38,839 bases of DNA from a virus, in the UHGV virus genome UHGV-1367571; one strand, given 5' to 3'. Shown here in pieces: positions 1 to 7,393 of the stretch. Every line of letters starts with the position of its first letter. Positions within the stretch are counted from its first letter, which is position 1. The notes beneath the pieces were generated by a model. The model was not told where the DNA came from and searched no databases. It worked only from the letters and a program-made list of their open reading frames with translations. A program made the translations under genes and the position numbers.

Positions 1-163
1 CTACTGTATCTGTGTCTGTCTCATTCTCATGGTACCAACGTAGATCCATATCCAACCGACTAACTGCAATCTTACGAGCCAGATCCTTAGTGGTCTTACC
101 TCCAACACGTCCATAATCAGGATTAGAAATAACTCCCTTTACAATTTCTTCTCTAGTTAACAT
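1..163 (-). CDS. hypothetical small protein, 3-prime end beyond window edge (partial). N-terminus MLTREEIVKGVISNPDYGRVGGKTTKDLARKIAVSRL has an HTH-like stretch.
   Basis: ATG at 163..161 with GAGGT RBS 9 nt upstream. The frame stays open to position 1 with no stop. Reached by TAA-T-ATG coupling from the upstream 31-aa peptide. Confidence 0.45.
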   Translation of the reverse strand, partial: MLTREEIVKGVISNPDYGRVGGKTTKDLARKIAVSRLDMDLRWYHENETDTDTV

Positions 164-164
164 A

Positions 165-260
165 TTATTTTACCTCACTTTTCTTAATCTTTTTTAATTT
201 CCGTTTAATAATAAATAACATAATATAAGCATACACTATATTTTTAAGTTTGTCAAACAT
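165..260 (-). CDS. 31-aa hydrophobic peptide MFDKLKNIVYAYIMLFIIKRKLKKIKKSEVK (one TM helix plus basic tail)
   Basis: Strong RBS AAGGAGGG formed by the last codons of the Prim-Pol gene, 7 nt before the ATG. The stop overlaps the next ATG (TAATATG). Below the ORF-track size cutoff. Confidence 0.4.
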   Translation of the reverse strand: MFDKLKNIVYAYIMLFIIKRKLKKIKKSEVK

Positions 261-262
261 TT

Positions 263-1066
263 TTAACCCTCCTTCTTATATTTTTCGCTACTACTGATCG
301 CCTCAACCATTGGAATTATTTCACTTACATCTAGTGGAGGTTTGATAAAGTTTTGATTAATAATGTTAGCCCATTTATAAACTTCATCGTGAGGCATTCG
401 TTGACCTATTAAGAAACCTACTTGTGCAGCTAACCAGTTGTTCCTGTTTCCTTCATCGGCACCTTTTGACCAGTACACCATTTTAGAGGCGATAAATGTC
501 ATAAGATCCCCATTTTCTTGATAGTCCCGAACTGGTTTTTGATATAGTTCCAATAACCATTGGGGAGCCTCAGGGATCTCACTGAATGGAATATCATTAA
601 TAATTTTATAATGTTTTAGTGATCCATGTTCCGTTTCTAATACGCTATCCTCTGCCACCATAAATTGACCGTGATTTCTAAAGTCAACCCCTTTAATCAT
701 ATCAATATTAGGATAAAACTTACTCTCGAACATGTTTTCGGGTAGTTTGTAATAATAGTGTAAACCATCATTAGGGCTTTTAATAGTTCTAGTTTTAGGT
801 AACGTTAGATCATGATTTACTAAAAACTCTTTTAATTCTATAACGCCATCTATTACCTCCCATTTTTTACTCATATGTCTATCAATATCAACACACACTA
901 AACCGCTAACTTTACCAGTAAGGATACCAATATTTCCCTTCCATTTAATTAGATCAGCTAACGAGTCGCCTTGTTTAAATGATCCTTTATAAGCAGGTTT
1001 TTTATTAGTTAACCGCCTCATAGCGATCCCTAGTTTAGCATATTCTAGGATCTTTCTTTTTTCCAA
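263..1066 (-). CDS. bifunctional DNA primase/polymerase (Prim-Pol N-terminal domain with PriCT_1 C-terminal domain)
   Basis: N-terminal GNIGILTGKVSGLVCVDIDRH matches the Prim-Pol catalytic DxD region. The C-terminal GNRNNWLAAQVGFLIGQ resembles PriCT_1. TTG start with RBS AGAGGAGGA. Recognised from memory of the family; no search run. Confidence 0.8.
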   Translation of the reverse strand: MEKRKILEYAKLGIAMRRLTNKKPAYKGSFKQGDSLADLIKWKGNIGILTGKVSGLVCVDIDRHMSKKWEVIDGVIELKEFLVNHDLTLPKTRTIKSPNDGLHYYYKLPENMFESKFYPNIDMIKGVDFRNHGQFMVAEDSVLETEHGSLKHYKIINDIPFSEIPEAPQWLLELYQKPVRDYQENGDLMTFIASKMVYWSKGADEGNRNNWLAAQVGFLIGQRMPHDEVYKWANIINQNFIKPPLDVSEIIPMVEAISSSEKYKKEG

Positions 1067-1068
1067 TA

Positions 1069-1233
1069 TTACTCCTCCTCTTTAATGTTATGTTTACGAA
1101 CGATAATGAATGCCACTACTGCGATCGCAATAACCAAGATAGGTACAGCAAAAACTTTTACCATTGCAATAATAAACGATACTAAAATGATCAATCCGAT
1201 CACTAAACTTAAACTAAATTTTGCAAATCTCAT
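1069..1233 (-). CDS. small two-TM membrane protein of 54 aa. The ORF track extends it to 1272, but the internal ATG at 1233 has the RBS AAGGGAGA.
   Basis: Hydrophobic segments LSLVIGLIILVSFIIAMV and VPILVIAIAVVAFIIV. A good SD sequence lies 8 nt before the ATG at 1233. No SD lies before the ATG at 1272. Confidence 0.5.
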   Translation of the reverse strand: MRFAKFSLSLVIGLIILVSFIIAMVKVFAVPILVIAIAVVAFIIVRKHNIKEEE

Positions 1234-1234
1234 T

Positions 1235-1321
1235 TTAACAATCTCCCTTCTCAAAATAATTAATAACTCCATATGTTAATCCGAAAGCTGCTACCATAAA
1301 TAATAATGTGAATACTGCCAT
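1235..1321 (-). CDS. 28-aa hydrophobic peptide MAVFTLLFMVAAFGLTYGVINYFEKGDC
   Basis: RBS AGAAGGAA lies 8 nt upstream and directly downstream of promoter 1354..1382. The stop codon is followed after 1 nt by the ATG at 1233. Short, so coding status is uncertain. Confidence 0.35.
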   Translation of the reverse strand: MAVFTLLFMVAAFGLTYGVINYFEKGDC

Positions 1322-1353
1322 TTTAAATTCCTTCTTTCTTTTAGTATATATTA

Positions 1354-1382
1354 ATTATAATCTAAGGGGCTGAGTTTGTCAA
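1354..1382 (-). promoter_or_regulatory. sigma-A type early promoter: -35 TTGACA (1377..1382), 17-bp spacer, -10 TATAAT (1354..1359)
   Basis: Consensus hexamers read on the minus strand. The -35 sits inside a GGGG..CCCC inverted repeat followed on the plus strand by a T-run. Confidence 0.7.
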
Positions 1383-1395
1383 CCCCTTTTTTAAC

Positions 1396-1587
1396 TTATT
1401 TTTCTAATTCTTGTTTTTTGATATAAACCAATCTACTTAGCTCTAAGTATTGCTGAGGTGTTAGGTAGTCTGTTTCTCTGATAAAGTCGATCATGTCGAA
1501 AGTGTCTGCGATCTGTTCTAGGGTAGTTACTTCCTCTAATTTGTTAACGATCATTTTCTTATCTGTTGCGAAATTTTTTTCATTCAT
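1396..1587 (-). CDS. hypothetical early protein (63 aa)
   Basis: ORF with RBS AGAGGGAG upstream of the ATG. Own promoter at 1621..1649. Confidence 0.6.
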   Translation of the reverse strand: MNEKNFATDKKMIVNKLEEVTTLEQIADTFDMIDFIRETDYLTPQQYLELSRLVYIKKQELEK

Positions 1588-1620
1588 GTTTATTACTCCC
1601 TCTCTTTATCTTATGTACTT

Positions 1621-1649
1621 AGTATATCATTGGGGGTCGAACTTGTCAA
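1621..1649 (-). promoter_or_regulatory. early promoter: TTGACA, 17-bp spacer, TGaTATACT (extended -10)
   Basis: The same 29-bp module recurs at 8362..8390 (GGGGTCGAACTTGTCAACCCC). Confidence 0.7.
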
Positions 1650-1656
1650 CCCCTTT

Positions 1657-1908
1657 TTAACTTATTTTAAATCTTTTTTCAAATTCTTCAATAAAGGCAG
1701 TTACTACTTCATTTTTTAAGTTTTCTATATGAGTTTCAATTTCTTTTGCTTGTTCTTCTGAAAGTTCTTCTGTTTCGTCCAACTCACTCATTAGGTCGTA
1801 TGCTTGTTCTAAAAATTCGTTTCTTACTGTGTTTTGAGTAGCAGTTACCATATCCATGTTATCGATTGTTAATTCTTTCAATTCGTTTAGTTGGTTTTTG
1901 AAATTCAT
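1657..1908 (-). CDS. hypothetical early protein (83 aa, acidic, helical)
   Basis: ORF with RBS GGAAGGAAG. Promoter at 1942..1970. Confidence 0.6.
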   Translation of the reverse strand: MNFKNQLNELKELTIDNMDMVTATQNTVRNEFLEQAYDLMSELDETEELSEEQAKEIETHIENLKNEVVTAFIEEFEKRFKIS

Positions 1909-1941
1909 ATTAATTACTTCCTTCCCTTAACTTATGAATTA

Positions 1942-1970
1942 AGTATACCATGGAAAAACCAGTCTGTCAA
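1942..1970 (-). promoter_or_regulatory. early promoter TTGACA-17-TGgTATACT
   Basis: Consensus -35 and extended -10 on the minus strand. Confidence 0.65.
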
Positions 1971-1995
1971 CATTTCTTATACATTAATTTAAAAC

Positions 1996-2025
1996 TTGAC
2001 TTTGTAAGCGCTTTCATGGTATAAT
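1996..2025 (+). promoter_or_regulatory. plus-strand promoter TTGACT-18-TGgTATAAT with GTAAGCGCTTtC in the spacer
   Basis: Same architecture as the late promoters at 21719 and 23305. It points away from all neighbouring genes. Confidence 0.55.
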
Positions 2026-2031
2026 AATTTA

Positions 2032-2137
2032 TAGATAGGGGATCTGTTCCCTATCTCCTTCCTCCATTTTTGTTTATACTTTTTCATTCTTCTTTCATTT
2101 CTTTCTTCTGTAGCCCCTCTCGTCAGGGGCTTTTTTA
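2032..2137 (+). ncRNA. candidate small RNA of about 105 nt, defined by promoter 1996..2025 and intrinsic terminator 2112..2137
   Basis: No ORF. Contains the hairpin GATAGGG..CCCTATC, the pyrimidine tract CTCCTTCCTCC (anti-SD-like) and a terminal 7-bp GC stem AGCCCCT/AGGGGCT followed by TTTTTT. Confidence 0.35.
2112..2137 (+). terminator. rho-independent terminator (AGCCCCT-CTCGTC-AGGGGCT followed by T6)
   Basis: Perfect 7-bp GC-rich stem with a U-tract in plus-strand orientation only. Confidence 0.65.
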
Positions 2138-2376
2138 ATACCCTTTTAATAACATATGTTATTTTATAAACAAATAAATAGACTTAGAACCTGAGTTTGT
2201 CCAATGGGGACAATAAACTTTTCTAAGTCTTAATCTATTATATTATGTGAGTTTTGTTTTCTTCGTCGCTCTCACACTAACGACAAGCCACACTGTAGCT
2301 CTTCTTATACTGCACATCATGTGTACAGTTTATTTCGCCGACTTTAAGGAGTTAACGGCTTTCCTTTTATAATTAT

Positions 2377-2406
2377 ATTATACCATAGTAACGGCTTAAA
2401 AATCAA
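2377..2406 (-). promoter_or_regulatory. minus-strand promoter TTGATT-18-TGgTATAAT overlapping the stop of ORF 2396..2647
   Basis: Extended -10 consensus. It would transcribe the ORF-free structured region 2136..2376. Confidence 0.4.
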
Positions 2407-2647
2407 ATTCAATATACTCTTCTTTTAATTGACCCTCTAACTCATCAATCAACCAAGCAAGATAGGTCTGCGCCTTTTTAAGATCCTCAATTCCGTTCTT
2501 TTGTTTGTAACGTAACATATACTTTAATACATTACCATTTAAAAAGCCTTGAAACTCTTCTTGTGTAAATGTATCTTTCATCACCTTAATAGGTTCATGT
2601 TCGCCATTAATAGTATAATGTTTCTGGTTATCGATTAAATTATTCAT
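2396..2647 (-). CDS. hypothetical early protein (83 aa)
   Basis: ORF coupled by ATGA overlap to the upstream ORF 2644..2826. Confidence 0.55.
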   Translation of the reverse strand: MNNLIDNQKHYTINGEHEPIKVMKDTFTQEEFQGFLNGNVLKYMLRYKQKNGIEDLKKAQTYLAWLIDELEGQLKEEYIEFDF

Positions 2648-2826
2648 CTATACTCTCCTTCATATCCTGCTAACAACCACGCTAGCTCATTATTCTCTTT
2701 TTCAATCAACTCGCAGTACTTCTCTAACTGTTCATAATCATCTAATAACTCTTTATGTTCGCTTAACAAATGATTGTACTTGCTCTGGATTGTGTTTAGA
2801 GGCTTGTTCTGATTGTCCCCAACCAT
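2644..2826 (-). CDS. hypothetical acidic helical protein (60 aa)
   Basis: ORF. Weak SD. Overlaps the alternative-frame peptide 2753..2908. Confidence 0.45.
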   Translation of the reverse strand: MVGDNQNKPLNTIQSKYNHLLSEHKELLDDYEQLEKYCELIEKENNELAWLLAGYEGEYR

Positions 2827-2908
2827 TATTGCACACGTCCTTTAATTCGTTTATTTGTGAAAATAAGATCGCCAGTAATGGTATAATCAAAATAATAGAT
2901 AAATACAT
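2753..2908 (-). CDS. 51-aa peptide with N-terminal TM helix (MYLSIILIIPLLAILF...)
   Basis: Strong RBS AAGGAGGTT 6 nt upstream. Promoter 2947..2976 lies directly upstream. Overlaps ORF 2644..2826 in another frame, so only one of the two may be real. Confidence 0.35.
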   Translation of the reverse strand: MYLSIILIIPLLAILFSQINELKDVCNNGWGQSEQASKHNPEQVQSFVKRT

Positions 2909-2946
2909 TCGTATAACCTCCTTTATATTAAATATCTTATAGGTTA

Positions 2947-2976
2947 ATTATACCACACTGTCTAATATTATTGCAA
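2947..2976 (-). promoter_or_regulatory. early promoter TTGCAA-18-TGgTATAAT
   Basis: Extended -10 consensus on the minus strand. Confidence 0.55.
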
Positions 2977-2991
2977 CTATTGGACGTAGTT

Positions 2992-3303
2992 CTAAAGCCC
3001 TACAAGCGGTTTAAATACACTTACTATAACTTTATTAAAGTCGTCCATAGAATGCCGTTCAAGGTCAATAAAGCCCTCTTTAGCTAATTTGGTGCCGTTG
3101 TTCATCGCTGTAATGATTAAATTGTTGTCGATCCGATTGAAAACTACTTCTTGTTTATTTGATGCACCCTTTACTACGATCTCACGAATATCTCCCTTAT
3201 CAAAATCAGTCGCCATTAACATTTGATTATCCGACTCTGCCACAGTATCCTCTACCCATTTATAAACATCTAACATTCTAATCATTATGCTTGCGCCTCC
3301 CAA
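2992..3303 (-). CDS. hypothetical protein (103 aa)
   Basis: ORF in the early operon. Confidence 0.5.
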   Translation of the reverse strand: MGGASIMIRMLDVYKWVEDTVAESDNQMLMATDFDKGDIREIVVKGASNKQEVVFNRIDNNLIITAMNNGTKLAKEGFIDLERHSMDDFNKVIVSVFKPLVGL

Positions 3304-3500
3304 ACCAATAGATCTAATGTTTCAAATGATTTTCTCATTACTTTAATACTGTCTAAATTGTACCCATGTTTTTCTAATAACTCCTGAACCTCTGTAGCCT
3401 CACCATTTTCCCAACCGTATAAAATACCCTCGTTATCCCAACCACCATATATCTCTTGGATCTGTTCGATTGTGAAATTGTCTTTAAATAGTTGTTTCAT
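3285..3500 (-). CDS. hypothetical protein (71 aa)
   Basis: ORF. Adjacent (1-nt gap) to the upstream ORF. Confidence 0.5.
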   Translation of the reverse strand: MKQLFKDNFTIEQIQEIYGGWDNEGILYGWENGEATEVQELLEKHGYNLDSIKVMRKSFETLDLLVWEAQA

Positions 3501-3501
3501 A

Positions 3502-3816
3502 TTATTCCCACCCCTCTAAAATTTCCTTTACTTTTTCCTCTAATTCTTTCGCCTTCCGGTTATTATCTAAGTTTTTAGTAACTGTTGTAACATCAATACC
3601 GCTCAGCCGTTTATATTCTAAAATGATCTCTTTTTGACGATCGTTTAACCCTGCATACATATTTTTCGTTTTGATAAGCTCTACATTTTGCTTTTTCAAT
3701 TCGTCGTTATGTTCTTTATATTTAACGTTATCCGCTGCTAGTGTGTAAACTAAAGCCACGCTTGCTATAATTCCTACTGTGGTCAAAATAAGATCTCCAA
3801 TTACTCTTTTATTCAT
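3502..3816 (-). CDS. hypothetical membrane-anchored coiled-coil protein (104 aa, N-terminal TM)
   Basis: ORF. Start coupled as ATGAATAA with the stop of 3809..3985. Confidence 0.55.
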   Translation of the reverse strand: MNKRVIGDLILTTVGIIASVALVYTLAADNVKYKEHNDELKKQNVELIKTKNMYAGLNDRQKEIILEYKRLSGIDVTTVTKNLDNNRKAKELEEKVKEILEGWE

Positions 3817-3985
3817 TATCCAATTCCTCCAATTTTATTACTTTAATAGTATTCTGATCGTGATACTCTTCCTCGAACTCTGCTGAAAATTTAACATAGG
3901 CAAAAGTGATATTAATTTCAGTTACTAAAAATAGCTCTAAACAACCAGTGTTATTATTCTTTACTTGGATCTCATACAGATTCAT
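3809..3985 (-). CDS. hypothetical protein (58 aa), missed by the ORF track
   Basis: RBS GGAGGA 5 nt upstream of the ATG at 3985. The stop overlaps the next gene start. Translation checked codon by codon against the sequence. Confidence 0.55.
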   Translation of the reverse strand: MNLYEIQVKNNNTGCLELFLVTEINITFAYVKFSAEFEEEYHDQNTIKVIKLEELDNE

Positions 3986-4220
3986 TATTATCCTCCATCA
4001 TTTCCCAATATTTAAGTTTAATATCGTGTGCAGTGGCGGTCATTTCAGATAACCCTAATGTCCCAAATGCCACAACGTACATCGTTTGTAAACCAGTTAC
4101 AAAATCATAATAATCTCGTTCTAATGTCGTTTTAGGGTGTCCTGAAAAGTAATTATCTACTAACACCTCGCAATAATCAGTTACAATCTTTTTAAAAATG
4201 TCTAATTGGTCTTTATTCAT
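3972..4220 (-). CDS. hypothetical protein (82 aa)
   Basis: ORF. 8-nt overlap with the upstream ORF. Confidence 0.55.
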   Translation of the reverse strand: MNKDQLDIFKKIVTDYCEVLVDNYFSGHPKTTLERDYYDFVTGLQTMYVVAFGTLGLSEMTATAHDIKLKYWEMMEDNNESV

Positions 4221-4404
4221 CTAATTCGCCTCGTTTCATGTTCGTATAATGCTGAATGCTAGATCGTACCCGACTCATGTCGCTAATTGTGTTATCGATT
4301 TCTTGTTGGATCTGAGTGCTTTGGTAACGTAAACCTCTTAATCGTCCCTCTAATTCTGATAACTTTAAATTCTCATGTGCAATAACATTGTCAATTAATT
4401 CCAT
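4213..4404 (-). CDS. hypothetical protein (63 aa)
   Basis: ORF with RBS AGAGAGGAAG. Promoter at 4436..4464. Confidence 0.55.
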   Translation of the reverse strand: MELIDNVIAHENLKLSELEGRLRGLRYQSTQIQQEIDNTISDMSRVRSSIQHYTNMKRGELDE

Positions 4405-4435
4405 TCTATTACTTCCTCTCTTTTAATATATTCAT

Positions 4436-4464
4436 ATAATACTATATGTAACTGAGAAAGTCAA
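4436..4464 (-). promoter_or_regulatory. early promoter TTGACT-17-TATTAT with a tandem second TTGACT box 14 bp upstream
   Basis: Element GAGAAAG-TTGACT-N8-TTGACT-TTCTC on the minus strand. Confidence 0.55.
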
Positions 4465-4493
4465 CCCTTTTTAGTCAACTTTCTCAAAATTAT

Positions 4494-4838
4494 TTATTCG
4501 CCTAAATCATAAATCTCTTTATAGATACTACCTAACACCTTACTTACCGCCTCATCAACGAACTCCTTTAATTCTTCTTTAGTGAAGGTTACTCGATTGG
4601 GCTTAATTAATTCTCCGTATACTTCATTAAGTAATGATCCTACACTACAAAAGTCATTATCATCATCGTAAATACCTAACTTACCATCTTCTCGCTTGAA
4701 AATTCTGTAAGTAACCCCTTCAGTGAACCATGCTGAATGATTGTTTTCAGTTACTTTAAAATAATCCCCTTCTTGAAAATCTTCCTCTCTTAAGAAGTCA
4801 ATCTCATACTCGCTCATTATTTTACACTCCCTTTTCAA
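4494..4838 (-). CDS. hypothetical protein (114 aa)
   Basis: ORF. Confidence 0.55.
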   Translation of the reverse strand: MKRECKIMSEYEIDFLREEDFQEGDYFKVTENNHSAWFTEGVTYRIFKREDGKLGIYDDDNDFCSVGSLLNEVYGELIKPNRVTFTKEELKEFVDEAVSKVLGSIYKEIYDLGE

Positions 4839-5211
4839 ATTCTGGCTGCAGGTGATACGATTTCAATACGTCCATATATAACTTGTGTGTTACATGGTGG
4901 TAGTTACTTATACTTTCAAAAATATCACCGAATGTCATATCTGAGTAAATCATTTCATCAATAGCAGCCTTAATCTTTTCATATGTTTCCTGATCATCAT
5001 CGCTAACTGGATACTCTTCCTCTGTGCTACCCATTAAAATGATCTCTAACACATCAATTTCAAACCCTGATTCTTTTTCCAATTTTTTAATAGCGTGTTC
5101 TTCATTAACTGCCATAACTACTCGTTGATACCGTGCTTGTGCCTCTTTGTCCTTGTTGTCAATAAATACCACGTTATAAATTCCTTGCTTTGCCATTTCC
5201 ATTCTAATCAC
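4822..5211 (-). CDS. hypothetical protein (129 aa)
   Basis: ORF. Promoter at 5234..5262. Confidence 0.55.
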   Translation of the reverse strand: MIRMEMAKQGIYNVVFIDNKDKEAQARYQRVVMAVNEEHAIKKLEKESGFEIDVLEIILMGSTEEEYPVSDDDQETYEKIKAAIDEMIYSDMTFGDIFESISNYHHVTHKLYMDVLKSYHLQPEFEKGV

Positions 5212-5233
5212 TTCTTTCTTTTAGTATATATTA

Positions 5234-5262
5234 ATTATAATCCATTAAATTGAGAAAGTCAA
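5234..5262 (-). promoter_or_regulatory. early promoter TTGACT-17-TATAAT with a tandem TTGACT box
   Basis: Near-identical to the 4436 module. The -10 and 5-prime UTR duplicate the 1343..1361 module. Confidence 0.65.
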
Positions 5263-5309
5263 CCATTTTTAGTCAACTTTCTCAAACTTATTTTAGCTTG
5301 TCAATAGTT

Positions 5310-6620
5310 TTACTCAAATTCTTTTAAAGTTTCCAATGTTTTTTCCAATCGGTTCGCTTTTTGTTCTAATTGGAACCCTTGGTTTTCAACTCGTTCGGCT
5401 TTTTCGTATAGATCAGCTGAGGCAGCTCGCAACTCCTTAATTTTATCCTCGATTTTTTCCCGAGTTGTTTTTTCTGGTTCACAGTGTTCTACTGGTTCTT
5501 TAATGTCTGGTTTAGGCACATATTCAAATTGACGTCTTGCCATTAAATATTGGCTACTATCAGATAGACTAATGTTAACATTTCCATTATCAAAAACTTT
5601 AGTCACTCTATAAATATCACCTACTTTGATACCCTGTAAATGATCATCGTATAATAACTGAGTTACTTTTATATACTTATCTTTATTACTTAATTTTGTG
5701 AAATAGTCGACTTCACTAATATATTTAAACTGTACTTTAGTTAGTAGGTAATTTGTATAATCATCATTAAGGAATACTCTTACATCTCCATCTGAATCTG
5801 TTGAGCTTACTTCAAATACATCGCCGATTGACACTCCTTTTTCGACATCACCATATAATAACTCTGTTACTTCCACATATTCTTTTCTCACTTCTTTTTC
5901 CTCCTCTTTTTTGTCAACTAGTTTAAACTGTGCCATACAGATACCATTCAAATATAAGGCGATCTCGTCAGATTTTCTAATACTGTCAGTGTCGCTTTTA
6001 ATAACTAACTCACCTGTAAAATATCTAGTTACAATGTACTTTTTACCTTTAGTCCAGTGAGTAAAACCACCTGTGTTAGTGCATTCTAGTACCATTCCCT
6101 CTTTAATGTCGAACTTAGTGTACTCATCTTTTACGATCTCCAAACTCACATCATAATTATCGATAGGATTGTTTAAATAATGTAAAATATCATTAATATC
6201 TCTGGTTGTTTTACTATCTGTTGAAAGATAAAGATCGCCCTGCTTATTTTTACATACTACATAAACTTTACCTGTAGTCCAAAAACTAAATTCACCATCA
6301 TCTACACAACGTAATTTCATGCCTTCTTTAATATCGTTTTTAGTGTATTTCACTTCTTTTTCCTCCTCTACAATTTCAAGGTGTGCATTACAAACATTTT
6401 TATTATTTAATCTCATTAGAATACCAGTGATATGAGATCGTTCGTTATCATCGCTAGCAATATATAGCGCCCCTTCATTATCTGATTTAACCTCGTAAAT
6501 TTTTCCCACAGTCCACCAATGATAACCTCTAGTATTAACACACCGTAATTTCATGCCCTCTTTAATGTCTTTTTCAGTATATTCCATTATCTTTTCCCTC
6601 CATCTATTAATGTCAAACAT
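5310..6620 (-). CDS. internal-repeat protein (436 aa): three ~75-aa repeats with DIKEGMKLRCV..W.T.GK.Y.V core, two ~58-aa repeats, and a C-terminal coiled coil
   Basis: The repeats are visible in the translation. RBS GGTGGAG. No family recognised. Confidence 0.65.
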   Translation of the reverse strand: MFDINRWREKIMEYTEKDIKEGMKLRCVNTRGYHWWTVGKIYEVKSDNEGALYIASDDNERSHITGILMRLNNKNVCNAHLEIVEEEKEVKYTKNDIKEGMKLRCVDDGEFSFWTTGKVYVVCKNKQGDLYLSTDSKTTRDINDILHYLNNPIDNYDVSLEIVKDEYTKFDIKEGMVLECTNTGGFTHWTKGKKYIVTRYFTGELVIKSDTDSIRKSDEIALYLNGICMAQFKLVDKKEEEKEVRKEYVEVTELLYGDVEKGVSIGDVFEVSSTDSDGDVRVFLNDDYTNYLLTKVQFKYISEVDYFTKLSNKDKYIKVTQLLYDDHLQGIKVGDIYRVTKVFDNGNVNISLSDSSQYLMARRQFEYVPKPDIKEPVEHCEPEKTTREKIEDKIKELRAASADLYEKAERVENQGFQLEQKANRLEKTLETLKEFE

Positions 6621-6663
6621 ACTCCACCTAGCCCCAGTCCCCAGATAATACCTAATATAAATA

Positions 6664-7014
6664 TCACTTATTAAGATCCTCCTTAATCCTTAATAGTTGC
6701 ATAAACTGATCGTACTCAATGGATACCTCATCTTGATTATTGTAACATGTTCTAACTAGTTCGTCAAGTAAATTTTTTACATGTTCTTTAGGATCTGTAG
6801 TAGCTGTAATGTCAACTAATTCCACCTCGACTAATCCGCTTTCTTCAATATATCTAATTAACTCATCTATAGTTTCAGTACACCCTACTTGGTCGCCATC
6901 ATCATCAATTATATAACGTGAAAATGAAAATCTACCTACCTCGATCGGATAAATTTTATCTTCTGTGAAACACCTACTACCTGATCTAGTTACCTCTAAT
7001 CCATACTTTTTCAT
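6664..7014 (-). CDS. hypothetical acidic protein (116 aa)
   Basis: ORF. ATGA coupling with 7011..7172. Confidence 0.55.
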   Translation of the reverse strand: MKKYGLEVTRSGSRCFTEDKIYPIEVGRFSFSRYIIDDDGDQVGCTETIDELIRYIEESGLVEVELVDITATTDPKEHVKNLLDELVRTCYNNQDEVSIEYDQFMQLLRIKEDLNK

Positions 7015-7172
7015 TCCTGTACCTCCTTAACAAGTCTATTTAAAATAGTGTTTAGTTCTGTATACTCTACGATTGTCAATGCGGCGTAACCAGTTTCTAA
7101 TTGCTCCTCTGCGTTTAAAGTAAATACCATGTTAGTATGGCGGATCATATCTAACTTTCTATCATTATTCAT
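7011..7172 (-). CDS. hypothetical protein (53 aa), missed by the ORF track
   Basis: RBS TAAGGAGGTAGAG. The stop TGA overlaps the ATG of 6664..7014. Translation checked codon by codon. Confidence 0.55.
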   Translation of the reverse strand: MNNDRKLDMIRHTNMVFTLNAEEQLETGYAALTIVEYTELNTILNRLVKEVQE

Positions 7173-7173
7173 A

Positions 7174-7377
7174 TTACTCTACCTCCTTAATTGATATAAT
7201 CATGTTTACATTTTGCATTTTTTGGGCGATCTCCCACGCCTCATCTTGATCACTAGCATAAATGTAACCTGTATCATAACGATCGAACCGATCCATAAAT
7301 ACTAATTTATACTGAGCGATCTCATGAGGTCTACTTGCTATATAATGAAACATCACATCGTTAATTCTATCAGCCAA
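7174..7377 (-). CDS. hypothetical protein (67 aa)
   Basis: ORF. Confidence 0.5.
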   Translation of the reverse strand: MADRINDVMFHYIASRPHEIAQYKLVFMDRFDRYDTGYIYASDQDEAWEIAQKMQNVNMIISIKEVE

Positions 7378-7393
7378 TTACTCACCTTCCTTC

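Noticed and set aside
1085-1279. Plus-strand 64-aa ORF
   Set aside because: Antisense to a well-supported minus-strand membrane-protein gene. No RBS. Low-complexity translation.
1636-1655. GGTCGAAC..CCCC resembling a tRNA T-arm
   Set aside because: It is the -35 region of a promoter. No acceptor or anticodon stem can be drawn.
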